A DNA stretch of 64,000 nucleotides from an uncultured Alistipes sp. (GTDB lineage: Bacteria; Bacteroidota; Bacteroidia; Bacteroidales; Rikenellaceae), in assembly GCA_947364365.1 (NCBI GenBank), contig CANASP010000011.1, positions 7,354 through 71,353 of the forward strand. Direction: 5' to 3'. The translations under genes were made by a program, and so were the position numbers. Below are positions 62,787-64,000 of this stretch, piece after piece. The stretch's first letter is position 1, and each line of letters begins with the position of its first letter. The notes beneath the pieces were generated by a model that worked only from the letters and a program-made list of their open reading frames with translations, was not told the DNA's origin and did not search any database.

Positions 62787-62978
62787 TGCGGGCCGAAGCC
62801 TCCTCCCGGCGAAGGCCCGCAACTTCGCTTTCTGCTCGTTGCCATCCTTCGCAGGCTGCGGACCGAAAGGCGTGTTGCAAATATGCGGTCTAAAGGCCGC
62901 ACGACCCGTAGCCACCCCGGGGCGGAGGGCTGTTTCTTTCGCTGTCGCTCCGAAAACCGCCTCCGCCGGCTCCGGGCC
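62787..62978 (+). repeat. GC-rich multi-hairpin intergenic repeat, copy C
   Basis: gcgggccgaagcctcc..ggcgaaggcccgcaacttcgct..ccttcgcaggct..gcggtctaaaggccgc..agccaccccggggcggagggctg..gcctccgccggct. Confidence 0.78.
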
Positions 62979-63192
62979 GTTTCTCTTATGGTAAATGCAG
63001 TTCCCTGAGGAGTTGCGCGGGCCGAATTTGGGAACAAGGACAGCCTTTTTCGTCTGCGGGCCGGTTTTAACCTCGTTTCGCCCGCTTTCCTCCTTCTTGC
63101 TCGGCATAGTCCGCACGGCGGCGGCCTCTGCCCTCGCTGCATGCGTCGGTTTACGGCACTCTTTGTCGGTTCAGATAGCGCCAACAAGCAAG

Positions 63193-63999
63193 CTACTGCG
63201 GAATGAAGATGTAGGTGATGGTGCCCACCTGCTTGGCGGGCGCCGACTCGTCGATATTGAAGAGCGAACGGCGGGCCGAAGCCAGCGCGCACTCGCGCAT
63301 GCACTCGTCGCCTCCCTCGCGCACGCGGGCGGCGACGACCTTGCCGCCGCGGTCGACCGTGATCTCGATCACCACGTCGCCGCCCCCCTCGCACCGGTAG
63401 GCCGGCACGTCGAGATGGCGCGACGTGCGGACGGGGTTGTTGAGCGAGAACGACACCGTCACGCGCCCCTTGATCTTGCGGTCCTGCCGCTCTTCGCCGT
63501 CGGCCTCGCCGGGCTTCGAGTCGCGGAGGGCCTGCTCCTCGGCCAGCCCCTGCTCGTAGGCTTCGCGATTGGCTCGCATGCGGCGCTCGGCCTCGGCGGC
63601 CGCTTCGTTGATCGCCGAGGTATTGGTCCCGCGGTCGTCCTTCAGCTGCTCGTTGGTGGCGTTCTCGTTGGAGGTCGCGTTGCGGATCTTGCGCCAATCC
63701 ATCTCCTGCTGCTCCAGCCGCCGGCGCACCTCCTCCTCGAGGCGGTCGCGCTCGTTCTCGAGATCGGCCAGCGCCTGCATGTCGATGAGCATCCCCTGCA
63801 TGTGGGGACGGCGTCCGACGACGATTTTCGCCGACACGAAGGCGATCATCAGCGCCAGATAGACGATCAATGTCACGCACAGGCCCACGCGGTGGTCGTA
63901 GGCCCACGAACCCGCATCCTCGCGCCGGTTGTCGAACGGGAGCACGAGCCGCGGGCGGCGGACGGGTTTCGGTTTGTTATCGGGAAGGTTCTCTGCCAT
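63193..63999 (-). CDS. TonB-like energy transducer family protein
   Basis: N-terminal TM, coiled-coil linker and C-terminal GDVVIEITVDRGGKV...QVGTITYIF. Confidence 0.72.
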   Translation of the reverse strand: MAENLPDNKPKPVRRPRLVLPFDNRREDAGSWAYDHRVGLCVTLIVYLALMIAFVSAKIVVGRRPHMQGMLIDMQALADLENERDRLEEEVRRRLEQQEMDWRKIRNATSNENATNEQLKDDRGTNTSAINEAAAEAERRMRANREAYEQGLAEEQALRDSKPGEADGEERQDRKIKGRVTVSFSLNNPVRTSRHLDVPAYRCEGGGDVVIEITVDRGGKVVAARVREGGDECMRECALASARRSLFNIDESAPAKQVGTITYIFIPQ

Positions 64000-64000
64000 T

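Overview
This is a 64-kb stretch of chromosome from a high-GC Bacteroidota, most consistent with Alistipes/Rikenellaceae. That assignment is inferred from TAnnTTTG promoters, UpxY and the gene content. Most of the window is housekeeping: ftsK (partial), murI, aroK, parC/parE, dxr, rseP, radA, folP, coaE, secDF, dnaK, ruvA and glgB, plus a GH29 fucosidase, a POT transporter and a tricorn protease. A capsular/surface polysaccharide locus (about 14.1-29.7 kb, minus strand, AT-rich core) runs upxY - hypothetical - ugd - wzx - CapA/TupA fusion - glycosyltransferases - wzy - acetyltransferases - nucleotidyltransferase/GHMP kinase fusion. Five observations stand out. (1) The only consensus-like promoter I found just upstream of upxY lies between 19-bp inverted repeats and points away from the locus, suggesting an invertible promoter in the OFF state. 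(2) A ~76-bp palindromic repeat that ends in a TATCTTTG -7 box occurs in tandem at 30.2-30.4 kb and singly at 46.85 kb, with compensatory stem changes and an apparent duplication of the -7 box. It is a candidate portable-promoter element. (3) A second, ~180-bp GC-rich multi-hairpin repeat family occurs in three intergenic regions. (4) A G9 tract frameshifts a capsule acetyltransferase. (5) There is a degraded Acyl_transf_3 gene and several apparent single-base losses at gene junctions in the capsule locus. I recognised no rRNA, tRNA, CRISPR array, integrase or transposase.
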